Positions 17,946 to 27,059 of a stretch of 64,000 nucleotides of DNA are shown one piece after another. The DNA lies in sequence record OR493421.1; one strand, written 5' to 3'. The translations under genes were made by a program, and so were the position numbers. Below the pieces are notes generated by a model. It was not told the DNA's origin. It did not search any database and saw only the letters and a program-made list of their open reading frames with translations. The stretch's first letter is position 1; each line of letters begins with the position of its first letter.

Positions 17946-18257
17946 TTACGCGTGGTAGAAAAACCCTGATATGGCTCCTGGCTCTGTAAGAGGCGTTTCG
18001 CCCAAACAGATAACATGGAGGTTATCACGGTTAGGGTACCAATACCCACGGCCTTTTTCTCCATAAGGAAGACCTGATAGCGAACCATGATTATCACCAG
18101 TAGGGACTGGTTCAAATACTGAAGTGCCAGAAACGAAATCAGGATGCGGGAACGTTATGTCTTTTGCTTCCGTCTCATCTTTAGCAGCAACAACCAATTC
18201 CCACCATCTTTCGTATTTCCCATGATTATCGGGCGAACGAACCAGAAATAATTTCAT
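17946..18257 (-). CDS. conserved phage hypothetical protein (paralog of 11383-11685)
   Basis: MKLFLV..LVVAAKDETEA..PHP..LHVICLG. Confidence 0.75.
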   Translation of the reverse strand: MKLFLVRSPDNHGKYERWWELVVAAKDETEAKDITFPHPDFVSGTSVFEPVPTGDNHGSLSGLPYGEKGRGYWYPNRDNLHVICLGETPLTEPGAISGFFYHA

Positions 18258-18278
18258 TTCATTTCTCCTAAATTAATA

Positions 18279-18548
18279 TCATTTGGCTTTTAGAAATACC
18301 AGCTTTACTTCGTAAAATCCCATCTTTCTCAACATTTTGATGGGTGCTGCAAATCCTTTGAAGGTCTTTGGATAGTACGCATTCTTTGACGAAGAGAATA
18401 CCCTATCTCCGTATTCTGTTTTGAACTCTACCGACCATCCCTCTGTAGTTTCAACCAAAGAAGCCGACTTAACCAATTTACGACCGATCATTATCCGAAG
18501 TTCTTTTAACTGAGCGAACGTTCTGGTAACGATGATTTCCGATTTCAT
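18279..18548 (-). CDS. hypothetical protein
   Basis: 89 aa ORF. Confidence 0.7.
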   Translation of the reverse strand: MKSEIIVTRTFAQLKELRIMIGRKLVKSASLVETTEGWSVEFKTEYGDRVFSSSKNAYYPKTFKGFAAPIKMLRKMGFYEVKLVFLKAK

Positions 18549-18790
18549 TCACTTTCCTTTATCTGACCAAGTAAGTCGTTTAAAGGGATCCAGTTTACAC
18601 TAGGATACCAATACCCTCTGTATTCTGTCGATATGGACACAATGGCCGGGTACGAACGTGGATAATTGGACGGTCGTTCTTCAGCGATATCCGGAGAATT
18701 AGAGAATCTATGTTTAATCGCTTTTCTGAAACCGGCCTGGGTTCTTACTAAATAGAACCCTTTACCCAATATTACCAAATTATCTCTCAT
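18545..18790 (-). CDS. conserved phage hypothetical protein
   Basis: FYLVRTQAGFRKAIK..YPRSYP motif. Confidence 0.7.
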   Translation of the reverse strand: MRDNLVILGKGFYLVRTQAGFRKAIKHRFSNSPDIAEERPSNYPRSYPAIVSISTEYRGYWYPSVNWIPLNDLLGQIKESE

Positions 18791-18840
18791 ACCGTTCCTT
18801 ATGATTTAGCCGCCCAAACCACGCTTGACTAGATAAAGAT

Positions 18841-19260
18841 TCAAAATAATCCCAATTCATCTTCGACGATACGTTTGTTCAAAAAGTACTGTTGACCATG
18901 ACCATAGTCAATCGCTACTATCCGACCTTGATAATAACCGAAGTTGGAAGGCTCGGCGACTTCTATGATATTTAAAATATACTCGTTATCCTCTTCGTAA
19001 AGATTTTTGAATAGTTTCCAGAGTTGCGGGTCTTTGGGATCGGTTATTACACTACAACGTGGGTATACGTTTAAGAAACCACCAGGAAGAGAAAATAATA
19101 AAGGAGCCAATGACTCACTAGGGAATCGGTTATAGCTTTTCTCGAACATGTTGTCCAGTAACCCTCTAACGAAATACGCCCAGGATTTCAAATAGGGGAG
19201 CTTTATGGCGTATTTCCCTATGAGGATAACCGACCTAGTTCTACCATGAATGAGTTTCAT
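18841..19260 (-). CDS. minimal protein-kinase-like fold protein
   Basis: G.TRSV..YAIKLP, E..PSNFG, IVAIDYG motifs. Confidence 0.6.
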   Translation of the reverse strand: MKLIHGRTRSVILIGKYAIKLPYLKSWAYFVRGLLDNMFEKSYNRFPSESLAPLLFSLPGGFLNVYPRCSVITDPKDPQLWKLFKNLYEEDNEYILNIIEVAEPSNFGYYQGRIVAIDYGHGQQYFLNKRIVEDELGLF

Positions 19261-19844
19261 CGTTTATCCCCCACCCAAGTTGCCACGCCCACTCTAAATG
19301 GTGTGTGATCGTGAATGTCCAAGCGTCTTAAATCCCCGAAAAAACTCAGATTGTTTACCTGGTCCAACCCTATGTTCAATCTATCCATAATGCGTTGTTT
19401 AGCGTCGGCGTAAGCCGAGGAAGTCCCTTTAGCCCAATCCTCTCTCAGCAAATCAAAGTTTGGATCTATCAACACCAGCGGTACTCCGCCGCCGCCATTA
19501 AAGACATAACGATCTAGCAAGTACCAGTTTCTTCTTGCATGGTAGTCGGTTAGCTTGGTGTAGATATCGTAGTGAAAGATAAAATGGGCTAAATGATATC
19601 CTAGCTTCTCTTCCATCAATGCAAAGATGTCAGGATGGAGATGATGACTAATTTTATCCCCCGGGCCCATACTCGTACGATGCTTACGGATTTTACAGAG
19701 TTTAACTTCGTCCCACTCGTCGTTGATTGGAGTGAGTTCCAGCTCGATCTGTTCGGTGTACATCCCTCCTTTACGAAGAAGAACGCGGTTATACGTATTC
19801 CAGTAAGAGGTGTAGTCAATCCAATCCTTCAATTGATTCATCAT
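19257..19844 (-). CDS. hypothetical protein (start corrected to MMNQLK)
   Basis: TTTAGGAATTAAAATCATG leader. Confidence 0.7.
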   Translation of the reverse strand: MMNQLKDWIDYTSYWNTYNRVLLRKGGMYTEQIELELTPINDEWDEVKLCKIRKHRTSMGPGDKISHHLHPDIFALMEEKLGYHLAHFIFHYDIYTKLTDYHARRNWYLLDRYVFNGGGGVPLVLIDPNFDLLREDWAKGTSSAYADAKQRIMDRLNIGLDQVNNLSFFGDLRRLDIHDHTPFRVGVATWVGDKR

Positions 19845-19881
19845 GATTTTAATTCCTAAAGTTGGGTATTCATAAAAGTAA

Positions 19882-19909
19882 TATAGAGCTAGCAAAAGCT
19901 AGCTCTATA
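19882..19909 (-). terminator. terminator hairpin
   Basis: TATAGAGCTAGC-AAAA-GCTAGCTCTATA. Confidence 0.7.
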
Positions 19910-19912
19910 GAG

Positions 19913-20170
19913 TCAGTCTTTTTCTTCGAAGAAGAAGTCGGTTTTTAGTAACACCACGACTAGAGCGAGTCCAATTAAACAGACCCAGATATTCTGATAT
20001 TGTCCCAACAAACACCCAAAGATAAAGGAGATGAAAGGCATTGCTGGGAAGGATCCCTTCTTCCACGATAACTTAGGAATAGGTTTACCGCCCATTCGTT
20101 TAACTTCCAGAACCACTGTAACAACAATGGAAATAAGTAAAAACCCAAGAAAGGCCCATAAGAAATTCAT
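19913..20170 (-). CDS. small membrane protein
   Basis: three hydrophobic segments. Confidence 0.75.
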   Translation of the reverse strand: MNFLWAFLGFLLISIVVTVVLEVKRMGGKPIPKLSWKKGSFPAMPFISFIFGCLLGQYQNIWVCLIGLALVVVLLKTDFFFEEKD

Positions 20171-20192
20171 AGCGACTCCAAAGAATAAGTGA

Positions 20193-20618
20193 TTAAGAAG
20201 AGAATTGGTCCCAGACCTGAGGGGATTCCAACCATTTTGTTTGTAATTCAGTTAGGGTGTCTGAGACGGGTTTCTTCTCCTGATAAGGATTATCATCGAA
20301 GTCTTCCCCATCAATTCGCATGAGTCTGCGTTCCCCCACCAATCCATTGACTAGGCAACCCGATTCATTAATATCGAAGATCTGGCTGCGCTCGAACCCT
20401 GTACCTGACCGCAAAAACACGACGGCGGGTATTGTTTCAGACACGCTCCAACATCTGCCCGCAGTTATAAAACCCCCCATGGTCCCGTCTTTTAATGAGA
20501 AAAAGAAGCGAGTACCGGGATCGTAAACCCTGATCGCGGTGACTTCTTTACCCACGTTCTCAGGATAATAATCGTCTTTAATAATCAGGCACTTACAACC
20601 CGGTTCGATCGGTTTCAT
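20193..20618 (-). CDS. conserved phage hypothetical protein
   Basis: MKPIEPGCKCLII..PENVGKEV..LMRIDG motif. Confidence 0.75.
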   Translation of the reverse strand: MKPIEPGCKCLIIKDDYYPENVGKEVTAIRVYDPGTRFFFSLKDGTMGGFITAGRCWSVSETIPAVVFLRSGTGFERSQIFDINESGCLVNGLVGERRLMRIDGEDFDDNPYQEKKPVSDTLTELQTKWLESPQVWDQFSS

Positions 20619-21456
20619 TTTCTAATCCTATTTCTTCTGGATGTTTCTTGAGGTAATCCTCGAATTCTTCTACGAATTCATTATCGGTTAATAACGCAGC
20701 CGATAAGGTTAACGGATCGGTTATAGTGCTCAGATCATGGTACTTAAATACCACCCAGCATTCTCCAACTTTCCCATCCCAATAACGCTGAATTTGATAG
20801 TTGTCTTGAAGTTCGAAGAAGCCCTGGATCATCATGAATCCATCTTCTAATGCTTCTTGGTCATAATCGAAATCTAACCAATCTAGCATGGCGTCAAATT
20901 CGGCCGCGTTATATCCTTTCTTAAGAATGAAGGATCCCCGGCCTTTAATAAAAACAGCTCCGCTGAGAATAGCGCCTTGATCTTGAATGGCTAAGATGAA
21001 TTCTTTACGGGCGTTCTCTAATAACGGTTGGTTGTTTTTCTTCCAATCTTCGTAATAGGTTTTGACAAGCAAACCTAATCCCTGCGATGCAAAGAACATG
21101 GTAAAATACCCCACTCCGTACCATATCCCGAGTCCTAACAGAACAACCACCCCGACTAGAACTCGCCACGCGGTTAATATAGACCATTCCTTAGAGCTAA
21201 GGTCGTTGCGCAATACGTTCTCTGCATGTTCTAGATCGTGTTCGTCATCATACCCGCCTTCTGTTTTATAACACAGAATGCAGCCCGTCGCTTCGAATAA
21301 CCAACTGGCAGAGAACAATAAAGCCAAATAACATACCGCGGAGACTAACCACGACTCCTGAGCCGCCGGTAGATTAAATACCATAAAGAGCAAACAGAAG
21401 GATATGCAAGATAACTCAATCGGGCCGACGAGTTTCTTCAAAGATTGAAAATTCAT
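20593..21456 (-). CDS. membrane protein with soluble C-terminal domain
   Basis: ~4 TM segments in N-half; LDFDYD..GF..WDG..W C-terminal motif. Confidence 0.75.
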   Translation of the reverse strand: MNFQSLKKLVGPIELSCISFCLLFMVFNLPAAQESWLVSAVCYLALLFSASWLFEATGCILCYKTEGGYDDEHDLEHAENVLRNDLSSKEWSILTAWRVLVGVVVLLGLGIWYGVGYFTMFFASQGLGLLVKTYYEDWKKNNQPLLENARKEFILAIQDQGAILSGAVFIKGRGSFILKKGYNAAEFDAMLDWLDFDYDQEALEDGFMMIQGFFELQDNYQIQRYWDGKVGECWVVFKYHDLSTITDPLTLSAALLTDNEFVEEFEDYLKKHPEEIGLENETDRTGL

Positions 21457-21510
21457 AGATAATCCTTAAAAAGGGAAGAGAAGTTCAATAACTAAAAATA
21501 ACCGTTTAAA

Positions 21511-21544
21511 TATACTCCTACGGCTTAATCGCCGTAGGAGTATA
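21511..21544 (-). terminator. terminator hairpin
   Basis: TATACTCCTACGGC-TTAATC-GCCGTAGGAGTATA. Confidence 0.8.
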
Positions 21545-21550
21545 TATTGT

Positions 21551-22003
21551 TTATCCATGAGGGGGTTTTATCGTACCGAAAGTCGTTTTAACATTACCGA
21601 CGATCTGATCAGCTTGAATATCTCCGGAAGAAGTTTCAACGTTTCCTTTTATAGTCTTTGTGGTCACGTTACCAGAAGCAGTTTTTATTCCGTTTCTTGC
21701 TTCCTGGCCAACATCCACATCGCCCGATGCTGTGGTTATCTGACCTTCACAATTACCTTGGACGTAGACATCGCCGGATGCTGTTTTTATTTCCCCGGCT
21801 GATCCATTGACAGTAACAGTCCCTGATCCGATATCGATTTTCGTAGCAGAACCCTGCACAATGATATTAACTGTGATGTTCTGACTAGGCTCAATCTCTG
21901 AAGGAGGTTTGCCGTTAATTAACAGTTCTCCATTGGAGAAACTGATGGACGCGCCTGAAGGCACATTGATACTTTTACCGTTAATGTTGAATTCGTTAGC
22001 CAT
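21551..22003 (-). CDS. DUF4097-like beta-strand repeat protein
   Basis: repeated I(K/T/E)T(A/S)SG(D/N)(V/I) units. Confidence 0.7.
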   Translation of the reverse strand: MANEFNINGKSINVPSGASISFSNGELLINGKPPSEIEPSQNITVNIIVQGSATKIDIGSGTVTVNGSAGEIKTASGDVYVQGNCEGQITTASGDVDVGQEARNGIKTASGNVTTKTIKGNVETSSGDIQADQIVGNVKTTFGTIKPPHG

Positions 22004-22017
22004 GATATTCCCTAAAG

Positions 22018-22266
22018 TTAATTTGGTTTATTTCTGCTTTCCCAGCGCCACCAACCCATGTCGCCGATCCAGCGGTATGTCGCGTACACGTGACCCTTTC
22101 CGCTAATGTACTCAAGCTTTACGCCGCCCTCGATAACATCAATCTCCGTGGGTATCTCATAAACACGCTCTGCGTGATCCGGAACGGCGAATTCTTTATC
22201 GGTCTTAGGATTGGTCCTGGTTAGCCCTAATGATCTTCGGTAATCGCCGAAAGAGATATTCTCCAT
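22018..22266 (-). CDS. hypothetical protein
   Basis: 82 aa ORF. Confidence 0.7.
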   Translation of the reverse strand: MENISFGDYRRSLGLTRTNPKTDKEFAVPDHAERVYEIPTEIDVIEGGVKLEYISGKGHVYATYRWIGDMGWWRWESRNKPN

Positions 22267-22688
22267 TAAATCTCCTTAGCGACAACGTCTTTTGCCTTTG
22301 TCGTGATCAAAGAACTTAGTCCATATGACATCAATACGAAGACGATGCTGAGCGTAGCCAAAATAGGTGAACCTGAGTAAGCCATAAACGCCATGAAACC
22401 AAATAGCCAGATGCGACCGACACATACCCTGAGACCGTACCATGATTTTTTCTTACGTTCTTCATTTTTAGCTAAGATATTCTTAGCCATATCTTTGACC
22501 TTTTGGCCCGCTGCGAATAGGGTGGCGTAAACTAAACACAAAGCGATAACACAACCTATCGTGAATGACGTGAAGAGTAAAAATAACCAGTCGGCGAACG
22601 AGACCATTTGTCCGTTGCCAATAGACGTCCCATAAAGATTGAGTGCAACGGCGATCACCATTAAAATGCGAAATAACCATAAGTACAT
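22266..22688 (-). CDS. membrane protein
   Basis: four hydrophobic segments. Confidence 0.75.
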   Translation of the reverse strand: MYLWLFRILMVIAVALNLYGTSIGNGQMVSFADWLFLLFTSFTIGCVIALCLVYATLFAAGQKVKDMAKNILAKNEERKKKSWYGLRVCVGRIWLFGFMAFMAYSGSPILATLSIVFVLMSYGLSSLITTKAKDVVAKEI

Positions 22689-22718
22689 TTTTTGTTTCCT
22701 TAATTAGTAATAAATCGA

Positions 22719-22967
22719 TTAACCGAGTTTAAACGTGTGATGAATACCGAGAATAATGATCTTGTTCTTAGCCCTGTCGTAGGTGTTAAAGATAACCGGT
22801 AAACGCATCCAGTGTGCAAATATCCAATATCCAGAGATCCTTTTCTCAATACGAAAATGATTGCCGAGGTCGATAACCCTATAGCGGTAATCTGATTCAA
22901 ACCTAATGGATTGTCGATAGGCCTTAGAAAGGTTTTTCTTTAGTCTTAACCTCAACCTATTCATCAT
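22719..22967 (-). CDS. hypothetical basic protein
   Basis: 82 aa; TTTAGGAATTAACATCATG leader. Confidence 0.75.
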   Translation of the reverse strand: MMNRLRLRLKKNLSKAYRQSIRFESDYRYRVIDLGNHFRIEKRISGYWIFAHWMRLPVIFNTYDRAKNKIIILGIHHTFKLG

Positions 22968-22991
22968 GATGTTAATTCCTAAAAAGATAGA

Positions 22992-23216
22992 CTAGGATAG
23001 AAAAGTCAATGAGCTGTGTTGTTCGCAATACTGTTTTATTTCTTCTGTCAGTGTTTCTTCTTCTCCCGGCGCAAAGATACTCAAAGTGATTTCTCCCAAC
23101 TCCCAGTCAATCGCTGTAGAAGAAATCACTCCTCTCCCGTAAAGAACTTCCCTTAAAAAGGAAAACAGTTTATACATCCGTCTTCCTCTGACGCATTTAA
23201 TTTTAAACTCTAACAT
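22992..23216 (-). CDS. hypothetical protein
   Basis: 74 aa ORF. Confidence 0.65.
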   Translation of the reverse strand: MLEFKIKCVRGRRMYKLFSFLREVLYGRGVISSTAIDWELGEITLSIFAPGEEETLTEEIKQYCEQHSSLTFLS

Positions 23217-23218
23217 GA

Positions 23219-23428
23219 CTACTTAAAGATTTCCAAAAAGAATTCACTTACCCGTTTGAACGCATGGCCGATAAGAATAAACAGATGCCATATAGGACTA
23301 AGCCAGGCTTTGAATAACGTTTTGACGTAGCCTTCTTTTGGAGCTCTCTGATTACGCCACCAGAGTAAATGTAAAAACCACCCTCCGGCGAAGTAACATA
23401 GTACGATAGTTACTATCTCCGTGATCAT
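23219..23428 (-). CDS. small membrane protein
   Basis: 69 aa, two hydrophobic segments. Confidence 0.65.
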   Translation of the reverse strand: MITEIVTIVLCYFAGGWFLHLLWWRNQRAPKEGYVKTLFKAWLSPIWHLFILIGHAFKRVSEFFLEIFK

Positions 23429-23700
23429 TTTCTTTTCCTTTTAGCATGTTTCTTATTTGGATTGAGTTTCTTTTTGGGTTTACTCAGATCATGAACCCTG
23501 AAGATAATCGGGTCAGGCTCATCTTCCCTGAGAAACTCCCCGAAACTCAAACGAAACTTCTCGCCTAATTTGGCGTTCAGTTTATCTTTAGGCACATCGA
23601 ACTTACGAACCTCTTTGGTGTCAGGATCCTGACCAACCAAAAGAATTCCCGTCGGTGTGGTGCGTGCAGCATAATAAACTATGGATGGCGCCTGAGCCAT
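23425..23700 (-). CDS. hypothetical protein
   Basis: 91 aa, basic tail, AGGAG SD. Confidence 0.7.
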   Translation of the reverse strand: MAQAPSIVYYAARTTPTGILLVGQDPDTKEVRKFDVPKDKLNAKLGEKFRLSFGEFLREDEPDPIIFRVHDLSKPKKKLNPNKKHAKRKRK

Positions 23701-23717
23701 AATTTTCTCCTAAATAG

Positions 23718-23736
23718 GGGGTGGGAAACCCCACCC
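23718..23736 (-). terminator. terminator hairpin
   Basis: GGGTGGG-AAAC-CCCACCC. Confidence 0.6.
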
Positions 23737-23746
23737 ACAAAGATTA

Positions 23747-24361
23747 CTAACCGGCTTGTCTCGCCAACCAATGAGAGAGATATCCGCGAGCCGACATCGA
23801 CAGGCCTTTATCCGCTAACGTTTCAACCGCCCAAGCTGGAGTGAAGTCAGCTTCTTTAACAAAGACGTCATTATAGAAAACCCCCTTACGATCTTTAATC
23901 TCATCGTAAGACGCTTCGATGGCTTCCTGCAACGTAAAGTTATAACGGCGACTGATTTCATAGAGGACGTCGAGCACCGGATAATAGACCGTATCGAGGT
24001 CGGTGAAATCTCGTTCAATATCGTGATTTTCCACCAGGCTAAAAGCCTCACCCCAATAACAATACATGTCGGCTATTAACCCGATCGTGCCGGTCCCAAA
24101 AGGATAGAGGTGGCGTTCATCTTCGTCAAAGGTAATAACCGAAGACGGCTCAACCCCGTACATCTTCGCAACGTTGGTCATGATAACCAAAACATCACCT
24201 ACAGCATCTTTGATCAAATCGAGTTTATTGCGAGCAACGCCACCCGCGATTTCCCCCATTTCTTCCATGACTTTAAGGACTTGGCCGGAAGGCTTGCCCG
24301 CAGTGATGATATTACGTTCAGTAGACCAATCGACGATCTTGTCAAAAATAGTTTTTTCCAC
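23747..24361 (-). CDS. MazG-like NTP pyrophosphohydrolase
   Basis: KVMEEMGEIA..DAVGDVLV (EExxE..D) and YDEIKDRKG motif; internal insertion. Confidence 0.85.
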   Translation of the reverse strand: MEKTIFDKIVDWSTERNIITAGKPSGQVLKVMEEMGEIAGGVARNKLDLIKDAVGDVLVIMTNVAKMYGVEPSSVITFDEDERHLYPFGTGTIGLIADMYCYWGEAFSLVENHDIERDFTDLDTVYYPVLDVLYEISRRYNFTLQEAIEASYDEIKDRKGVFYNDVFVKEADFTPAWAVETLADKGLSMSARGYLSHWLARQAG

Positions 24362-24379
24362 GATATTTCCTTTGAGTAA

Positions 24380-24940
24380 TTAACGGGGTGGTCCTGGAGG
24401 ACCGTTGGGATGACCACCTGGATTAGCTGGACCAGGCCCTGGGCCAGGACCTCTTCTGCTTTTGGTGTCACTATTATCGCTTTTAGAGAAAGGAACGGCA
24501 TCCTCTGCTTCAGGCGTGATAATCCTATCCAAAATATAGCACTCTGAGAACTCGATCGTTTTATCTACTTTGTTCTCTTTGTTATCCGGGGTCGCTATGA
24601 ATTTCGTGAACCTAGTGAGGTTTATGACGAGGTCGCCGTTAGTAAAACCGAGATCGATCTTATCGTACCCAGCAGTCCCACTACCCTCTATTTTTCCTTT
24701 ATCATGATAAAGGAAAAAAGGCAGTTCCATAAGAACCCCGCCGTAACGCCCATTAAGTAACGAGATTTTATTTTTGGAAATTATAAAATAATTGATGTCG
24801 GTGTTGTAAAGAGTCGGTTTAACAACCCCAGTTCCTTTGGTCTCTCCAACTTTGTTACAGACCAGGACGATATCGACTCTGGCCAAACTACTAAAACTTA
24901 ATCCGAGCAAAATGAGTAACAGGTATAATCGTTTCACCAC
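24380..24940 (-). CDS. secreted protein with Pro/Gly-rich C-terminal tail
   Basis: signal peptide ..SFSSLA; tail GPGPGPGPANPGGHPNGPPGPPR. Confidence 0.7.
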   Translation of the reverse strand: MVKRLYLLLILLGLSFSSLARVDIVLVCNKVGETKGTGVVKPTLYNTDINYFIISKNKISLLNGRYGGVLMELPFFLYHDKGKIEGSGTAGYDKIDLGFTNGDLVINLTRFTKFIATPDNKENKVDKTIEFSECYILDRIITPEAEDAVPFSKSDNSDTKSRRGPGPGPGPANPGGHPNGPPGPPR

Positions 24941-25578
24941 TCCTCCGACACCTCGATGTATTCTTCGATTTTGCCATCTTTAGCCACCCCACCACGTTTG
25001 ACTATTGATTCGATCAAAAGGTCTGTGCTAACGACGACGTCTTCTGGTTTAACTTCTTTAGCCAAATGTTTATCCATATAGGGGAGCATCAGTTTTACTA
25101 AACGTTCGTCTGTCCCGGACATGTTGTAGATGTCGCAGTGGCTAAAGAAATATCCGTAACCTATCAGCGTTTCCCGAGTGCAATCGGGGTCATTTTCAGC
25201 TTCGATGATACCATCTACCACAGTCTCTATTCTTTTATTGAACTGTCCCCCGAAGGATAACATTGTCTCCGCTTCCCATAAAGAGTCTGCGGTAGCCACA
25301 GAGATTCCATTAGGGGTATTGAAGAAACACCCAACCCATAAAGGCCAGTTCGTCTTAAGGCTGATCAAATGATCTAATAGAATTCTCCTGGCGGTATGTA
25401 CTTCCTTGCCCTGAGCGCCCAAGAAGAGCTTATTGGCGTTGACCGCCGTCGGTTTATAAAAAGACGCCCCGACAAAATAGAGCTCGTGATAGACTTTCTT
25501 AATGATTTCAGACAGACGTTTTTGTTCGAAAGTCATGCGGTTTTTTGTTGCGGGTTTCTTTTTACGTGGAGTTGCCAT
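24934..25578 (-). CDS. hypothetical protein
   Basis: 214 aa ORF, AGGAA SD. Confidence 0.8.
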   Translation of the reverse strand: MATPRKKKPATKNRMTFEQKRLSEIIKKVYHELYFVGASFYKPTAVNANKLFLGAQGKEVHTARRILLDHLISLKTNWPLWVGCFFNTPNGISVATADSLWEAETMLSFGGQFNKRIETVVDGIIEAENDPDCTRETLIGYGYFFSHCDIYNMSGTDERLVKLMLPYMDKHLAKEVKPEDVVVSTDLLIESIVKRGGVAKDGKIEEYIEVSEEW

Positions 25579-25620
25579 GGTGTTTATTCCTAAGAAATAA
25601 ATAAAAAATAAAAGAGGGTT

Positions 25621-25648
25621 TTTGTGAGGCGGAATTCCGCCTCACAAA
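25621..25648 (-). terminator. terminator hairpin
   Basis: TTTGTGAGGCGG-AATT-CCGCCTCACAAA. Confidence 0.8.
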
Positions 25649-25653
25649 TGAAA

Positions 25654-26052
25654 TCAGTAACCCTGGGGATGGAATACTGCCATAGTGGCGGCGGAAACCA
25701 CCAGCCCCATTATTACGCTGATCAGCCAGAAGACGACCCACCAACGGCTATTACCGTTGCGTTTTTGTCGTTTATAGATATACACCGGAACGAAAAGGAA
25801 CCAAAGCCAGTGAGGGACGAACGCACCTTGTGAAGCCAAGAATGCACGGTCGTGACAAAACCAGATCAGGAAGACGACAAAGGCGAAGATGAAACCGATG
25901 GCCGGGTTCCAGCCCTGGATGGCGTTCATAACCGGCTGATAGGCCCAGATGAAGATCATGAAAGTTGGGGTCATCAGCTGCGGGAAAGCGCCTTTATTAA
26001 AAGTCACTTTGCCGTTCATATCAGTAGTTGAGTTTTGAGAGATAGTAGACAT
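25654..26052 (-). CDS. inner-membrane protein
   Basis: 3-4 TM segments, DRAFL..G..PHWLWFLFVPVYIYKR; flanked by terminators. Confidence 0.8.
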   Translation of the reverse strand: MSTISQNSTTDMNGKVTFNKGAFPQLMTPTFMIFIWAYQPVMNAIQGWNPAIGFIFAFVVFLIWFCHDRAFLASQGAFVPHWLWFLFVPVYIYKRQKRNGNSRWWVVFWLISVIMGLVVSAATMAVFHPQGY

Positions 26053-26082
26053 TTGTATTTTCCTAAAAGTGAGATGGAGAAA

Positions 26083-26107
26083 AATAGGGGGAAACGTTCC
26101 CCCTATT
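26083..26107 (-). terminator. terminator hairpin ending the secreted-protein cassette
   Basis: AATAGGGGGAA-ACG-TTCCCCCTATT. Confidence 0.8.
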
Positions 26108-26126
26108 GAAGAAGTGCAGATGACGA

Positions 26127-26618
26127 TTACTGAATGCAGTTGATCACAATCTTGCCTTGGATGCGGGTTGTCCCGACCGGGAAGACCGACTGTTCCAGAT
26201 TGATTTTCGGCGCCAGTTTGATCACGCGAGAATTGCTGGCCAACGCTTTAGCTTGAGCGGCGTCAGGCCACGCGTATTCCTGATCGTTGATGTAGACCGA
26301 CGTTTTGGTCTTATCGTTTACGCTCAGCAGGTTATCGCTGAAATCAAACCGGCCGGTGTTTTGAACCAGTTTGGCTTCGGTGATCTGCCAGTTGACGTTT
26401 TGCGTGTTCGCGATCAGGGTGAAGGAAATCGCTTTGGATGTATTCGTCCCGCTTTCGTTAGCAGTAAGAATACCGCCTTCAACCGGGGTGCCGCCGGTGT
26501 AGTCGATCCCGCAGGTGATTTGGCTGTTGGTAAGAGACGCGTTCCATACCTGCTCAGAAGCGGCGTTGGCGAATGCTGTGGTAGACAGAAGAGCAATGGC
26601 GATCATGATCTTTTTCAT
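26127..26618 (-). CDS. secreted fimbrial/pilin-like subunit (putative)
   Basis: signal peptide ..TAFANA; all-beta pattern; Cys near both termini (ITCGID; KIVINCIQ); GC-rich codons. Confidence 0.55.
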   Translation of the reverse strand: MKKIMIAIALLSTTAFANAASEQVWNASLTNSQITCGIDYTGGTPVEGGILTANESGTNTSKAISFTLIANTQNVNWQITEAKLVQNTGRFDFSDNLLSVNDKTKTSVYINDQEYAWPDAAQAKALASNSRVIKLAPKINLEQSVFPVGTTRIQGKIVINCIQ

Positions 26619-26663
26619 TTAGGAATTTTCCTGTTGGGTTGGTTGGTATAACGTTAAGGTTGG

Positions 26664-27059
26664 TTATTTGAAATCTAAAGCTCGCTGCTGTTGCAAGCGA
26701 AGGTTTTCTTCGGCAGCAGCAACAGCCATTTCACGCTGTTTTAATTCAACTTCTTTCATCTTCACGCCTAAGTCATAGAGGCGCGAGCAATCCGTCTTTA
26801 CGGCAGATTCCCCGATAGGGATGGAGATGGATACGAACCCGCCTTTATCAGAATCTTCGTAACTGTAACGATTGCCGTTGTTACCGTAAGCTCCTATATT
26901 AATAGTCGACTGTGGTTTAGAAGAATCGCAACTCACATCACCGACCTGTACTCGTTCAGAAGACGAGGCGGTGTTGTTAGTCATGTAGGGTGCGTCAGCT
27001 AACGCCAGGTTAGTGAAAAACGCTGCAATGAGGATGATGAGTGTTTTATACGCGAACAT
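26664..27059 (-). CDS. secreted protein with amphipathic beta-hairpin and coiled coil (putative pore/anchor); start corrected to MFAYK
   Basis: signal peptide ..NLALA; VGDVSC, STINIGAYG, GGFVSISIPIG, DCSRLY, C-terminal heptads. Confidence 0.55.
   Translation of the reverse strand: MFAYKTLIILIAAFFTNLALADAPYMTNNTASSSERVQVGDVSCDSSKPQSTINIGAYGNNGNRYSYEDSDKGGFVSISIPIGESAVKTDCSRLYDLGVKMKEVELKQREMAVAAAEENLRLQQQRALDFK

Noticed and set aside
26157-26651. 164-aa plus-strand ORF and 26414-26596 alternate frame
   Set aside because: Antisense or out-of-frame shadows of the GC-rich pilin-like gene; GC-rich codons suppress stops
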